Positions 35,777 through 45,151 of a stretch of DNA of 64,000 bases are shown piece by piece; positions within the stretch are counted from its first letter, which is position 1, and each line of letters starts with the position of its first letter. The stretch covers positions 2,464,001 through 2,528,000 of the forward strand of contig OZ253462.1 in the NCBI GenBank assembly GCA_965261395.1. The letters are read 5' to 3'. The position numbers were made by a program, and so were the translations under genes. Source of the DNA: Candidatus Latescibacterota bacterium. GTDB taxonomy: Bacteria; Latescibacterota; UBA2968; UBA8231. A model generated the notes under the pieces. That model saw only the letters and a program-made list of their open reading frames with translations. It searched no databases and was not told the DNA's origin.

Positions 35777-36643
35777 ATGCTCACCGAGGAACAGGTTGAT
35801 TTTTACCGCGAAAACGGCTATCTCGTCGTCGAGAATGTGTTGCGTTCAGACGAGCTGGAGGAGGCGCACGCTATTGTCGATGACTTCGTCGAGCAGTCGC
35901 GGCTCGTCTCCGAGCAGAGCGGGCACTTCGACCTAGAGCCAGGTCACACCCCTGAAAATCCCAAGGTGCGCCGCTTGAGTGCACCGGCGAGTTATCACCC
36001 CTTCTTCGATGGATTGATGCGCGACAGCCGCATCCTAGACCTTTTGACGCCCCTGATCGGCAGTGCCATTCGCGCCCAAGGCGACAAGCTCAACATGAAG
36101 CCGGCCGACGGCGGCAGCCCGGTCGAGTGGCACCAAGACTTTGCCCATTATCCGCACACCAACGACGATTTATGCGCCGTGGGCATTGCCCTAGACGACG
36201 CCACAGAAGAAAATGGCTGCATGATGGTAGTGCCCGACTCTCACCGGGGACCGATCCTCGATCACCACCAAGATGGCTACTTCATTGGGGCCATCAGCCC
36301 GGAGCGCGACGAGATTGACCTCTCGTCGGCCGTGCCCTTAGCGATGAAAGTCGGTTCGCTTTCCATCCACCACAGCCGCACTTTGCACGGCTCGGCGCTC
36401 AACCGCTCGGGTATGTCCCGACGACTCTTGCTGTATCAGTACGCGGCCGTCGATGCTTGGCCCTTGGGCGGAGTGGGTAACTGGGATGCCTTTAATGCCA
36501 ACATTCTGCGCGGCGCACCCACCTACGATTTTCGCCTCGTATCGCTGACGGCTCGCACGCGCCTACCCGTCGGGCAACGCAGAGGCGGCGGCATCTACGA
36601 GCTACAACAGCCGCTGCGCGAAAAACTATTCGCCGCTAGCTAG
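35777..36643 (+). CDS. Phytanoyl-CoA dioxygenase (PhyH) family protein
   Basis: FYRENGYL, KLNMK, WHQD, LDDATEENGCM.VVP.SH, HHSRTLHGS..N.S..RR. Confidence 0.93.
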   Translation: MLTEEQVDFYRENGYLVVENVLRSDELEEAHAIVDDFVEQSRLVSEQSGHFDLEPGHTPENPKVRRLSAPASYHPFFDGLMRDSRILDLLTPLIGSAIRAQGDKLNMKPADGGSPVEWHQDFAHYPHTNDDLCAVGIALDDATEENGCMMVVPDSHRGPILDHHQDGYFIGAISPERDEIDLSSAVPLAMKVGSLSIHHSRTLHGSALNRSGMSRRLLLYQYAAVDAWPLGGVGNWDAFNANILRGAPTYDFRLVSLTARTRLPVGQRRGGGIYELQQPLREKLFAAS

Positions 36644-36651
36644 GGGCTGCA

Positions 36652-37941
36652 TTGCCCGTACTCCGCATCGGGATCATTGCCGCGCTGGCCGCCGGGGCAC
36701 TCTGGGCCGTCCTCTCCATTCACTGGTACCCGGCCGAAGAGGTGCTGACCATGTGGGTCTATGGCTCGCCGCAAGAGGCCGAGCTGTACCGCAAGATCGC
36801 CGCCGAGTATCGCCAGCAGCACCCGGAAGTTCGCCTGCGTTTAGAGGTGGTGCCCGGCCGTAGCGTTGTGCAAAAGCTGCTGACGGGCATGGACGCCGGG
36901 CACGCGCCGGACATCTGCGTAGTGCACTGGCGGCAGATGTCCCAAGTAGCCAGCACCGGGCAGCTTCTGCCGCTGGATGACTTGGTGCGGCGCGACCAGA
37001 TCGACACCGACGATTACTATCCGGTGGGCCTGCAAGGATACACCTACCACGACACTCTCTACGGCCTCCCCGTCAAGGGCAGCACCATCACCTGCTTTTA
37101 CAACAAGGACCTCTTCGACCGCTACGGCGTCAGCTATCCCACCGACGACTGGACGCTCGACGACCTCCTAGCCAAGGCCAAGGCCCTGACCATCGACGAA
37201 GACCAAGACGGCCTGCCAGACATCTACGGCTGCACCCCGTACGACATCGCCAGCTACGTATGGAGCATGGGCGGGGATTTCCTGCGCTGGGAAAACGGGC
37301 GCTACGTTTCCAACCTCGACGATCCGCGAGTCGCCCAAGCAGTGCAGTTCTATGTCGATCTCTACTTCAAGTACAAGGTCAGCCCGCCCCGGCCCGGAGT
37401 GCGCAACGACAACGCCATGAGCACCTTCACGTTTGAGGCCGGGCGGATCGCCATCGGCATCATGGGGCCGTGGATGCTGCCGACCTTCCAGCTTTTGGAC
37501 CGCTTCGAGTGGGACACGGCGCTCTTTCCCAAGGGACCAGCCGGCCGACAGACGCGCTACGCCAGCGTTGGTTTTACGATCTGGAAGGGCACGCGCGAGC
37601 CAGAAGTCGCCTGGGACGTGCTCAAGCACATGGTCTCAGCCGAGGCGACGACCAAGATGGCCAAGCTCGGCAGCGACCTACCGCCGCAACGCTCGGTGGC
37701 CCGCAGTACCTATCCGCGGGCGTCAACGCCCTACGAGGAGGAGGTCTTCGTGCGCTCGATGGACTACAAGGTCCGGCTCTTTCCCCAGGAACTGTGGTGG
37801 GAGGACCTCTACCGCCGGATGCTCGACGAACTCGACGCAGCCCTCACCGGCCGCGAGAGTGTGGCCGAAGCCCTCGCCGAGGCCCATCAAGTGACCAACG
37901 CGTACCTCCAGAGTATATACGCTGAAGAAATTCCTCGATGA
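36652..37941 (+). CDS. Sugar ABC transporter substrate-binding protein
   Basis: N-terminal hydrophobic anchor, APDI, LYGLP, FYNKDLFD.YGV.YPTDDWT and FEAGRIA..IMGPW. Confidence 0.9.
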   Translation: MPVLRIGIIAALAAGALWAVLSIHWYPAEEVLTMWVYGSPQEAELYRKIAAEYRQQHPEVRLRLEVVPGRSVVQKLLTGMDAGHAPDICVVHWRQMSQVASTGQLLPLDDLVRRDQIDTDDYYPVGLQGYTYHDTLYGLPVKGSTITCFYNKDLFDRYGVSYPTDDWTLDDLLAKAKALTIDEDQDGLPDIYGCTPYDIASYVWSMGGDFLRWENGRYVSNLDDPRVAQAVQFYVDLYFKYKVSPPRPGVRNDNAMSTFTFEAGRIAIGIMGPWMLPTFQLLDRFEWDTALFPKGPAGRQTRYASVGFTIWKGTREPEVAWDVLKHMVSAEATTKMAKLGSDLPPQRSVARSTYPRASTPYEEEVFVRSMDYKVRLFPQELWWEDLYRRMLDELDAALTGRESVAEALAEAHQVTNAYLQSIYAEEIPR

Positions 37942-38882
37942 AGAACCAAAACAAAGCCGCGTTCTTCTTTCTGCTGCCCAATTTCGTCGGCTTTCTCATC
38001 TTTGCGCTCGGGCCGGTCATAGTGGCTGCGGGCATGGGCTTCTACCGCTATCAGCTCGCCTCGGGCGTACCCGCCTTCATCGGGCTGGATAACTTTGCGG
38101 ATCTGGTGCTCTTCAAAAAGGTCGACGGCGAGTGGGTGGCGCGCGACCCATACTTTTGGAAGTACCTCGGCAACACGCTCTTTTTGATGCTCAATATCCC
38201 GCTTTCCATGGTCGGCTCCCTGCTCTTGGCTGTGCTGTTAAACAAAGAACTGCCCGGCCGCATCTTCTTCCGCACCCTATTCTTTATTCCACACCTGTGT
38301 ACGGGCATCGCCATCTATATGGTCTGGAAGATGCTCCTGACCTACGAGCCCAACGTCGGCATCGTCAACGGGCTTTTGTGGCAGGTCTTTGGGGTGTTGG
38401 GGATTGCGCCCGAGCAGGCCGCCGCGCTCCTGCCGGGGTGGCTAATCGACGCGACTTGGGCCAAGCCCGCGTTGATCATCATGTTTATCTGGGCCAGCGT
38501 CGGCGGCTACAACATGGTTCTCTACTTGGCCGGCTTGCAAAACATCCCGCCCGAACTCTACGAGGCCGCTGAAATGGACGGAGCGGGCTGGTGGGCACAA
38601 CTGGTCCACATCATCGTGCCGCAGCTAGCGCCCACGACGTTTTTCATCCTCGTCACCAGCGTAATCGGTGGTCTGCAAGGCGGCTTTGAGGCCGCCTACG
38701 TAATGACCGGGGGCGGCCCCGAGGGATCGACGACCACCATGAGCTACTACATCTACACCCAGGCGTACGAGCAGCTAGAAGTAGGGTACGCAGCGGCGAT
38801 TTCAATGGTGCTCTTCGCGCTGATTTTCGCGGCGACCTTGCTCAACTGGCGCTACGGCGGCAAGCGGTTGGAGGCTGTCTAA
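37938..38882 (+). CDS. Carbohydrate ABC transporter permease (MalF/UgpA-like)
   Basis: FIGLDNF, YLAGLQNIPPELYEAAEMDGA (EAA loop) and GYAAAIS. Confidence 0.93.
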   Translation: MKNQNKAAFFFLLPNFVGFLIFALGPVIVAAGMGFYRYQLASGVPAFIGLDNFADLVLFKKVDGEWVARDPYFWKYLGNTLFLMLNIPLSMVGSLLLAVLLNKELPGRIFFRTLFFIPHLCTGIAIYMVWKMLLTYEPNVGIVNGLLWQVFGVLGIAPEQAAALLPGWLIDATWAKPALIIMFIWASVGGYNMVLYLAGLQNIPPELYEAAEMDGAGWWAQLVHIIVPQLAPTTFFILVTSVIGGLQGGFEAAYVMTGGGPEGSTTTMSYYIYTQAYEQLEVGYAAAISMVLFALIFAATLLNWRYGGKRLEAV

Positions 38883-39784
38883 TGGTGCGCTGGCGTCAGT
38901 ACCAATCAACCGTCTTGATCTATGCGATCTTGCTACTCGTGCTCAGCGGCATGGTGGTGCCGCTAGTGTGGACCCTGCTCACTTCCTTCAAATACAACGT
39001 CGATGTGACGCTCGGGTGGATTCCGCCGCGCTGGACAACGGACAACTACGCTGGCGTGTTCCACGCCTTTTCCTTCCTCCGCTACTACGCCAACTCGCTA
39101 GTCATCGCCACCGCAGTTACCGTGGTCCAAGTTGCCACTAGCGTGCTGGCCGCTTACGCCTTTGCCCGCTTGCAGTTCCGCGGCCGCGACGTGCTCTTTC
39201 TCGGTTACTTATCGACGATGATGATTCCGGCCGACGTGCTGATGATCCCGCAATTCGTGCTGATGAAGAAGATTCCCGAATTGCTGAACGCGGTGTTATC
39301 AACGGATTTTTTTAGCGGTTTCCTCTACTTAGGGAGTCACTATATCGGCCATCCAGTGGGGCTGGACAGTTTCTTCGCACTGATCGTACCGGGGTGCTTT
39401 AGTGCCTATGGGACGTTCATGCTGCGGCAGTTTTTGCTGGGCATTTCGCGCGAGATCGAGGAGGCGGCGCTCATCGACGGGTGTTCGGCGTGGGGCGTGT
39501 TTTGGCACGTGGTGGTGCCGCTGTCTAAGCCGGCGCTGGGGGCCTTGGCGATCTTTACCTTCCTCGGGCGTTGGCGGGCCTTTCTCTGGCCGCTGATTAT
39601 GACGGATTCGGATTCGCTGATGGTGTTGCCAGTGGGATTGGCCAAGCTGTCGGATCTCTATGTCAACGACTACGGACTGATTTGCGCGGGATCGGTGTTG
39701 ATGCTTTTGCCGATGATCGCGGTTTTCGTCTTTTTTCAGCGCTGGTTTATCAGCGGGATTCAGCTAGGGGCGGTGAAGGGGTAA
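38882..39784 (+). CDS. Carbohydrate ABC transporter permease (MalG/UgpE-like)
   Basis: AAYAFARLQFRGR, EIEEAALIDG and FQRWFISGI..GAVKG. Confidence 0.93.
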   Translation: MVRWRQYQSTVLIYAILLLVLSGMVVPLVWTLLTSFKYNVDVTLGWIPPRWTTDNYAGVFHAFSFLRYYANSLVIATAVTVVQVATSVLAAYAFARLQFRGRDVLFLGYLSTMMIPADVLMIPQFVLMKKIPELLNAVLSTDFFSGFLYLGSHYIGHPVGLDSFFALIVPGCFSAYGTFMLRQFLLGISREIEEAALIDGCSAWGVFWHVVVPLSKPALGALAIFTFLGRWRAFLWPLIMTDSDSLMVLPVGLAKLSDLYVNDYGLICAGSVLMLLPMIAVFVFFQRWFISGIQLGAVKG

Positions 39785-39921
39785 CATATGAAGAGCCGCG
39801 TGTAGAAATGGGCAATAGTTTAGCCAAGATTGACGCAGTTATCGGATCGCTGTTGAGTTGCTGGCGCTCGGGCCAGTAGACGGTCCGTAGCGGCAGCCGC
39901 ACAGCAGCTAGATAGTTCCGT

Positions 39922-39950
39922 TTGATATTAATCACGTATCACGTTATCAT
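39922..39950 (+). promoter_or_regulatory. Putative higBA promoter/operator
   Basis: TTGATA, 17 bp, TATCAT just upstream of ATG 39955. The spacer contains imperfect repeats (ATCACGT x2). Confidence 0.5.
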
Positions 39951-39954
39951 TTAT

Positions 39955-40233
39955 ATGATTGTATCCTTCAGGTGTTCTGACACGGAGACCCTCGCAAGTG
40001 GGCGGCGGATCGCGCGATTTTCAAACATCGCATCAAGGGCGCGACGCAAGCTTCGTCAATTACAGATCGCCGGAAGGCTTGAAGACCTGCGTATTCCGCC
40101 AGGTAATCACCTTGAAAAGCTCAAGGGAGATCGGGCCGGGCAGTACAGCATTCGCCTGAACGACCAGTTTCGGGTGTGCTTCCGCTGGTCGGCTGCTGGC
40201 GCGGAAGATGTCGAGATCGTCGATTACCATTAG
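39955..40233 (+). CDS. higB: HigB toxin (RelE/ParE family, plasmid-killer type)
   Basis: MIVSFR...RRKL..L..A..LEDLRIPPGNHLEKLKGDRAGQYSIRLNDQFRVCFRW...DVEIVDYH. Confidence 0.93.
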   Translation: MIVSFRCSDTETLASGRRIARFSNIASRARRKLRQLQIAGRLEDLRIPPGNHLEKLKGDRAGQYSIRLNDQFRVCFRWSAAGAEDVEIVDYH

Positions 40234-40246
40234 GAGCGAAGAGAAT

Positions 40247-40555
40247 ATGTCCAAGTTCAAACCTGTGACGCCCGGAGAATTGCTGCGAGAGGAGTTTTTG
40301 GTCCCCATGGAACTTTCGCAGTATCGCCTCGCCAAAGAAATCGGTGTTCCCGCCCAGCGAATCAGTGAGGTTGTAGCCGGTAAGCGGACCATTACGGCGG
40401 ATACGGACCTGCGCTTGTGTCGCTTTTTCGGCCTCTCCAAGGGCTACTGGCTAAGGGCGCAGATAGTTTACGACACCGAAGTGGCGGAAGAGACTCTCGC
40501 CGCTGATCTGGCGAGGATCAAGCCGTGGAAGGGACTGCAATCGGCCGCTGGCTAA
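40247..40555 (+). CDS. higA: HigA antitoxin (HTH, addiction module antidote)
   Basis: PVTPGELLREEFLVPM.LSQYRLAKEIGVPAQRISE...GKRTITADTDLRL.RFFG....YWL. Confidence 0.93.
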   Translation: MSKFKPVTPGELLREEFLVPMELSQYRLAKEIGVPAQRISEVVAGKRTITADTDLRLCRFFGLSKGYWLRAQIVYDTEVAEETLAADLARIKPWKGLQSAAG

Positions 40556-40710
40556 CCTGCCTAAAATAGCCGTCCTGAACTGCTCAGGGCTGAATCAGTG
40601 GTTAGAACCCCTTTCCGTCAGGAGATGCTGCCGCTCTATGAGCAAGCATGACTATCGGATCACCCTGCGTGCGGCAAAATCGGACAATAAAAATCGAGGA
40701 GTAAAAACAG

Positions 40711-40941
40711 ATGACTCAGCTTCTGCAAAAGGCTTTCGAGAGAGCCGCCAAACTCCCACAAGAGGAACAGGACAAATTTGCGCGCTTCCTCCTAGCCGAA
40801 CTTGAGTCGGAGCGGCGATGGGCCGAGCTGTTTAGCCGTTCCGAATCAGAGGATTTGCTGGAGCAGCTAGCCAATAAGGCCCTAGCAGAGCACCGGGCAG
40901 GACGGACTCAGCCCCTCGATATAGAAGGTTGGCCAGCATGA
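40711..40941 (+). CDS. Small putative antitoxin (orphan)
   Basis: RBS GAGGAG. MTQLLQKAFE.AAKLP.EEQD..A..LL.ELE.E.RW...F......L..LA..AL.E.R.GRT..LD is the pattern of small antitoxins usually preceding RelE/ParE-like toxins. Confidence 0.65.
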   Translation: MTQLLQKAFERAAKLPQEEQDKFARFLLAELESERRWAELFSRSESEDLLEQLANKALAEHRAGRTQPLDIEGWPA

Positions 40942-41621
40942 ATCTTGATTCCCCAAGACAGAGTGGAAAACCTAGTCGTCTCTACGGAGAGACCCAGATT
41001 GCGCAAGTAGCCGACGGACGCATCAACGTACCAAAAAAACTCTTCTTCGATGACAGCCGCTGTAGCGTTGTCACCAATAGAACGATAGTGCTCAATCAAA
41101 ACCCGCTCCTCCTCTGCACTCTCCAACATTAGATCGCCAAATAGCGCACACCCCCCAGGCAATAGCCGCCGTACGAGCTGGTCAAACAGAAGTTCTTTCT
41201 CCTGCTGAGTGAGATGATGTACGACGTATGTACTAATCGCGACATCAAATGGTGGAGGATCGGCGTCGAAGTACTCCAGTATATCTGCTTGCACATACGA
41301 GATATGGGATGCGCCACGGAGCTTTTGTTTGGCAATCTTACTCATTTCTCCAGAGGCATCGACACAAATAAGAGAACGGCACGGCGGTAAGCGAGCGGTC
41401 AAATTTCCAGTCCCAGAACCGAACTCTACAACGGCCGAGTCCTCGGTGATACCAGCGTTCTGCGCGACCCAGTCGAGGACCTCGGTATAGCCCTCCCGGA
41501 TAGGGTCATCAGACCTAAGCACATCCCGATCATACGTGGCGGCGTCCTCGTCGTGATTGTAGATATCTACGTGGCTACTTCTCATCTCATTTATCCTGTT
41601 CACAGCGTTTTTGAGTAACAA
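40908..41621 (-). CDS. Class I SAM-dependent methyltransferase (YrrT-like)
   Basis: VVEFGSGTGNLT, VDAS.EM and FDVAISTYVVHHLT..EK...L.PGG..LFGD. Start uncertain (41621/41585). Confidence 0.88.
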   Translation of the reverse strand: MLLKNAVNRINEMRSSHVDIYNHDEDAATYDRDVLRSDDPIREGYTEVLDWVAQNAGITEDSAVVEFGSGTGNLTARLPPCRSLICVDASGEMSKIAKQKLRGASHISYVQADILEYFDADPPPFDVAISTYVVHHLTQQEKELLFDQLVRRLLPGGCALFGDLMLESAEEERVLIEHYRSIGDNATAAVIEEEFFWYVDASVGYLRNLGLSVETTRFSTLSWGIKIHAGQPSISRG

Positions 41622-41875
41622 TCAAAGACACCCTCCTGAAAGGGCGTAGTCTGTCAATGTTCCTCACATTTGGTCATTGAGCTTAACCTTAGTCGCGGAC
41701 GGGGAGAACGTCTCGTTCCACCTCCCGAACTTTACCGGGAAACGTTTGGCCTCTTACCCACATAACCGGCTGGCCTTTGCCAATTTTTTCTGGATCAAAC
41801 CATTCTGCTTGGGCGCTTAAGTAATGCGACACATAGCTGCGTCTAAATCGCTGGCTGTGGTTATTGGTGCTTTTG

Positions 41876-43060
41876 GGCTTTGGTGCATGAATTGGTGTTT
41901 TTTTCGGTTGATCGGTTGAATAAAAACAGGCTCCTCAGTAGATTGAGCACGACTTTCGCCAAAAAACCCATGCTTTCTCGTCCAAGGAACCTGTCATGGC
42001 CAACCTATCGTCTTGCCCCTCTTCCGTCAAGCCTGGTCGCTCGCCTCGCCGTCGCTCCAACGTCGTGTACCGGGTACGTAATTGGGCCGACTATGAGGCC
42101 GGGCTGCAACAGCGCGGTAGTCTGACGGTGTGGTTCACGCCCCAGGCCGTCGAAGCTTGGTATTATCAAGGGCCGCCTCAGCGGGGGGCGCAATATACCT
42201 TTTCGGAGGTCGCCATCCAAACGGCGTTGACGCTGCGTCTTTTGTATCACTTGCCCCTACGCCAAACCGAGGGGTTTGTCGCTTCGGTGTTGGCCCTGAT
42301 GGGCTTGGATCTGCGGGTGCCCGATCACACGACCCTGTCGCGCCGTCAGGCGGGTTTAGCCGTGGCGTGGCCGCCCCAGCGGGGAGACCAACCGATGCAC
42401 TTGGTGGTGGATTCGACCGGGCTGAAAGTGTATGGCGAAGGCGAATGGAAGGTGCGTCAGCACGGCTGGAGCAAGCGGCGCACGTGGCGCAAATTGCACC
42501 TCGGGGTTAATGAAGCCACCGGCGAGATCGTCGCGCAGACCTTGACGACGAATAGCCACGATGATGCGGGGCAGGTGGAGCCGTTGCTGGCACAGATCGA
42601 GGCCCCCGTGGAGGCGTTGGGCGGCGATGGGGCCTATGACAAACGCAAGGTGTTCAAGGCGTTGGCCGCGCCCGAGCAGGGGGCACCTATTCATCCGATC
42701 ATTCCGCCGCGCAAGGACGCCAAAATCGAGCAACATGGCAACACCAACGCCGAGCCGTTGCCCCGCGATGAGACGATTCGAGCCATCCGCAAACGGGGCC
42801 GTCGAGGTTGGAAACACGAGAGCGGCTATCATCGACGCTCGGTAGCCGAAACGCAGATAGGCCGCTACAAACAGATACTTGGTGACACCTTGCGCACCCG
42901 AACCCTAACCAACCAACAGACCGAAGCGCGGTTGGGCTGTGCCTTGCTCAACCGGATGCGGGCGTTGGCGAAACCTGAGTCCTATCCGCTAACCAAAAAA
43001 GCGTAAATCACACGCGAAAGAAGCCAACACGGCCCCGACCGGTTTTCATGCAACAAAGCC
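41876..43060 (+). mobile_element. IS5-family (IS903 group) insertion sequence, apparently intact
   Basis: TIRs GGCTTTGGTGCATGAA (41876-91) and TTCATGCAACAAAGCC (43045-60) match at 15/16. 9-bp target duplication GTGCTTTTG at 41867-75 and 43061-69. Confidence 0.95.
41996..43006 (+). CDS. IS5-family (IS903-like) DDE transposase
   Basis: YRVRNW..Y..GL.QRGSLTVW, VVDSTGLKVYGEGEWK.RQHG..KRRTWRKLHL, DGAYD and YHRRSVAET. Confidence 0.95.
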   Translation: MANLSSCPSSVKPGRSPRRRSNVVYRVRNWADYEAGLQQRGSLTVWFTPQAVEAWYYQGPPQRGAQYTFSEVAIQTALTLRLLYHLPLRQTEGFVASVLALMGLDLRVPDHTTLSRRQAGLAVAWPPQRGDQPMHLVVDSTGLKVYGEGEWKVRQHGWSKRRTWRKLHLGVNEATGEIVAQTLTTNSHDDAGQVEPLLAQIEAPVEALGGDGAYDKRKVFKALAAPEQGAPIHPIIPPRKDAKIEQHGNTNAEPLPRDETIRAIRKRGRRGWKHESGYHRRSVAETQIGRYKQILGDTLRTRTLTNQQTEARLGCALLNRMRALAKPESYPLTKKA

Positions 43061-43344
43061 GTGCTTTTGTGCAATAGGTGGGAGTGAAACCAGATGACCG
43101 CACCGGGTGGTACTTCCGCGGCAATGCCGTCCTCGTCGCGGACCAGGGCATTGCGGTCGATGTGGGCCATTGGCATTCTTCGCTTCCCCGCGACAATGTC
43201 TTCGGCCACTTGCCGCAGACGATCGTTTTCCTCGTCTGCAAAGACGTTGTCGCGGACAAAATATCCATCGCGCTCCCAACGCTGGATTTCGTCGGGGGTC
43301 ATGCGGAAGGCATTCATTGGGGTAAGTCTCCTAATAGTCCTGCT

Positions 43345-43373
43345 TTGACACGGGTTATAAATATATATAGTCT
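43345..43373 (+). promoter_or_regulatory. Putative sigma70 promoter of the ABC exporter pair
   Basis: TTGACA, 17 bp, TAGTCT in an AT-rich divergent intergenic region. Confidence 0.5.
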
Positions 43374-43405
43374 AAGTAGGTTATTAGCCGTCCACCAAAC
43401 AGCGC

Positions 43406-45151
43406 ATGACCCTCAATCCCTTCAAACCGTTCGCCACCTACCTCCGCCCCTATCGCTGGGCCTTAGTCGCCGGCCTAGCCTTTTTGTTGGGCGAACAGCT
43501 CATCTCCGTCTCTATCCCCCTCGTCCTCGAACGCGTCATTAACCAAGCCCGAGCCAGCCTAGATCAAGCCACACCGGACCTGACTTTTCTAACGCACTAC
43601 GCCGCCCTCATCGTCGTGCTCGGAGTAGCGCAGTGGTGCATGGCCTTTGGCATGCGCTGGCACTTGGCCGCCACCTCGTACCGCGTCGAGCGCGACCTCC
43701 GCCAGCGCTATTTCGCCCACCTGCTCACCTTGCCCTTGGGCTATTTCCAACAAGCCCGCACCGGCGATTTGATGGCGCGGGCGACCAACGACGTCGAGGC
43801 CGTGCAGCGCTACCTCAGCCACGGCTTCCGCATGTTCCTCAGCGCCCTGCTCGGCTTCAGCTTGAGCATGGTGGCCATGTGCCTGTACGACTGGCAACTG
43901 ACCCTCTACGCCTTGTTGCCGATGCCCGTTATGACCTTGATTTTACGCTTCGTGGGCAGCAGAGTGCGCCGGCGCTATCGCTTGGTCCAAGAACAATTTG
44001 CCGCCATTAGCACCTGCTTGCAGGAAAACCTCTCGGGCATGCGCGTGGTCAAGGCATTTGCCCGCCGCCTCGGCGAGATCGACCACTTCACCCGACTCAA
44101 CGACGAGTACGTCGAGCGCAACCGCCGCTTGATCTATCTCTACAGCACGTTTTTCCCCTTCACCTTCCTCATCAGCGGCCTGTCCATGGTGTTCATCTTG
44201 TGGCTGGGTGGCATCCGCGTCGTCGAAGGGGCGCTCACCCTAGGGGCCTTTGTCGCCTTCAATGCCTACTTGATCCGCATGAGCCGCCCGATGATGATGA
44301 TGGGCCGCATCGTCGATGAATACCAGCGCTCCATGGCTTCCATGCTGCGCATTGAGGCCGTGCTTAAAGAACAGCCCCAAGCCGACCACCACCAAGACGA
44401 CGACCTAGCGATCAAAGGCGAAATCGAATTCCGCCGCGCCTCCTTTGCGTACAATGGCCAAGCCGTGCTGCGCGATATAGATGTTCACATTCCGGCCGGC
44501 AGCACCCTGGCCATCGTCGGCCGGGTCGGTTCGGGCAAGAGCACCCTGGCCCGGCTCATCCCCCGGCTCATCCAAGCTGGCGAGGGCCAAATTTTCATCG
44601 ACGGCAAACCCATTGAGCAAATGCCACTGCGCGCCTTCCGCGACGCCATCGGCTACGTGCCGCAGGACACCTTCCTGTTCTCCGAGAGCATCTGCGACAA
44701 TATCGCCCTCGACTTGGCCGCCTCGGACGAAGTCGAACGCGCCATTGAGGTGGCCCAACTAGCCGCGGATCTCAAGACCTTTCCCCAAGGGTTGGAAACC
44801 ATCGTCGGCGAGCGCGGCGTCACTTTGTCGGGCGGCCAGAAGCAGCGCACGGCCCTGGCCCGTTCGGTGGTGCGGCAACCGAAAATTCTCATCCTCGACG
44901 ACGCCTTAGCCAGCGTCGATACCCGCACCGAAGAGCAAATCCTCAAGCGCCTGCGCGACATCATGGTCGAGCGCACCACCATCCTCATTGCCCATCGCAT
45001 CTCCACCGTCATGGCCGCAGATCACATCATCGTGCTCGACGAAGGGCACATCATCGAAGAGGGCACCCACGACCAATTGCTCGAACGCGATGGACTCTAC
45101 GCCGATATGTATCGCCGCCAGCACCTCACCGAGGAATTGAGCGACCTCTAA
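43406..45151 (+). CDS. ABC exporter fused permease/ATPase (MdlA/YheI-like)
   Basis: Six-TM domain, GRVGSGKST, LSGGQKQR, ILDDALASVD and AHRIS. Confidence 0.93.
   Translation: MTLNPFKPFATYLRPYRWALVAGLAFLLGEQLISVSIPLVLERVINQARASLDQATPDLTFLTHYAALIVVLGVAQWCMAFGMRWHLAATSYRVERDLRQRYFAHLLTLPLGYFQQARTGDLMARATNDVEAVQRYLSHGFRMFLSALLGFSLSMVAMCLYDWQLTLYALLPMPVMTLILRFVGSRVRRRYRLVQEQFAAISTCLQENLSGMRVVKAFARRLGEIDHFTRLNDEYVERNRRLIYLYSTFFPFTFLISGLSMVFILWLGGIRVVEGALTLGAFVAFNAYLIRMSRPMMMMGRIVDEYQRSMASMLRIEAVLKEQPQADHHQDDDLAIKGEIEFRRASFAYNGQAVLRDIDVHIPAGSTLAIVGRVGSGKSTLARLIPRLIQAGEGQIFIDGKPIEQMPLRAFRDAIGYVPQDTFLFSESICDNIALDLAASDEVERAIEVAQLAADLKTFPQGLETIVGERGVTLSGGQKQRTALARSVVRQPKILILDDALASVDTRTEEQILKRLRDIMVERTTILIAHRISTVMAADHIIVLDEGHIIEEGTHDQLLERDGLYADMYRRQHLTEELSDL

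Larger units (their letters stand above)
41689..43317 (-). pseudogene. PhyH-family dioxygenase pseudogene, internally deleted and split by an IS5-family element
   Basis: 5' part: MNAFRMTPDEIQRWERDGYFV...VPPGAVIWFHSHLLHKS. After removing the IS it continues TNNHSQRFRRSYVSHYLSA...VRD* (stop at 41689-41691). The central HxD region is absent. Confidence 0.85.

Noticed and set aside
36652-39784. Missing ATPase in the sugar ABC cluster as an anomaly
   Set aside because: CUT1 transporters often share an ATPase encoded elsewhere (MsiK/MsmX type).
42982-43317. 111-aa ORF as an intact gene
   Set aside because: It is the 5' half of the PhyH pseudogene reading into the IS end.
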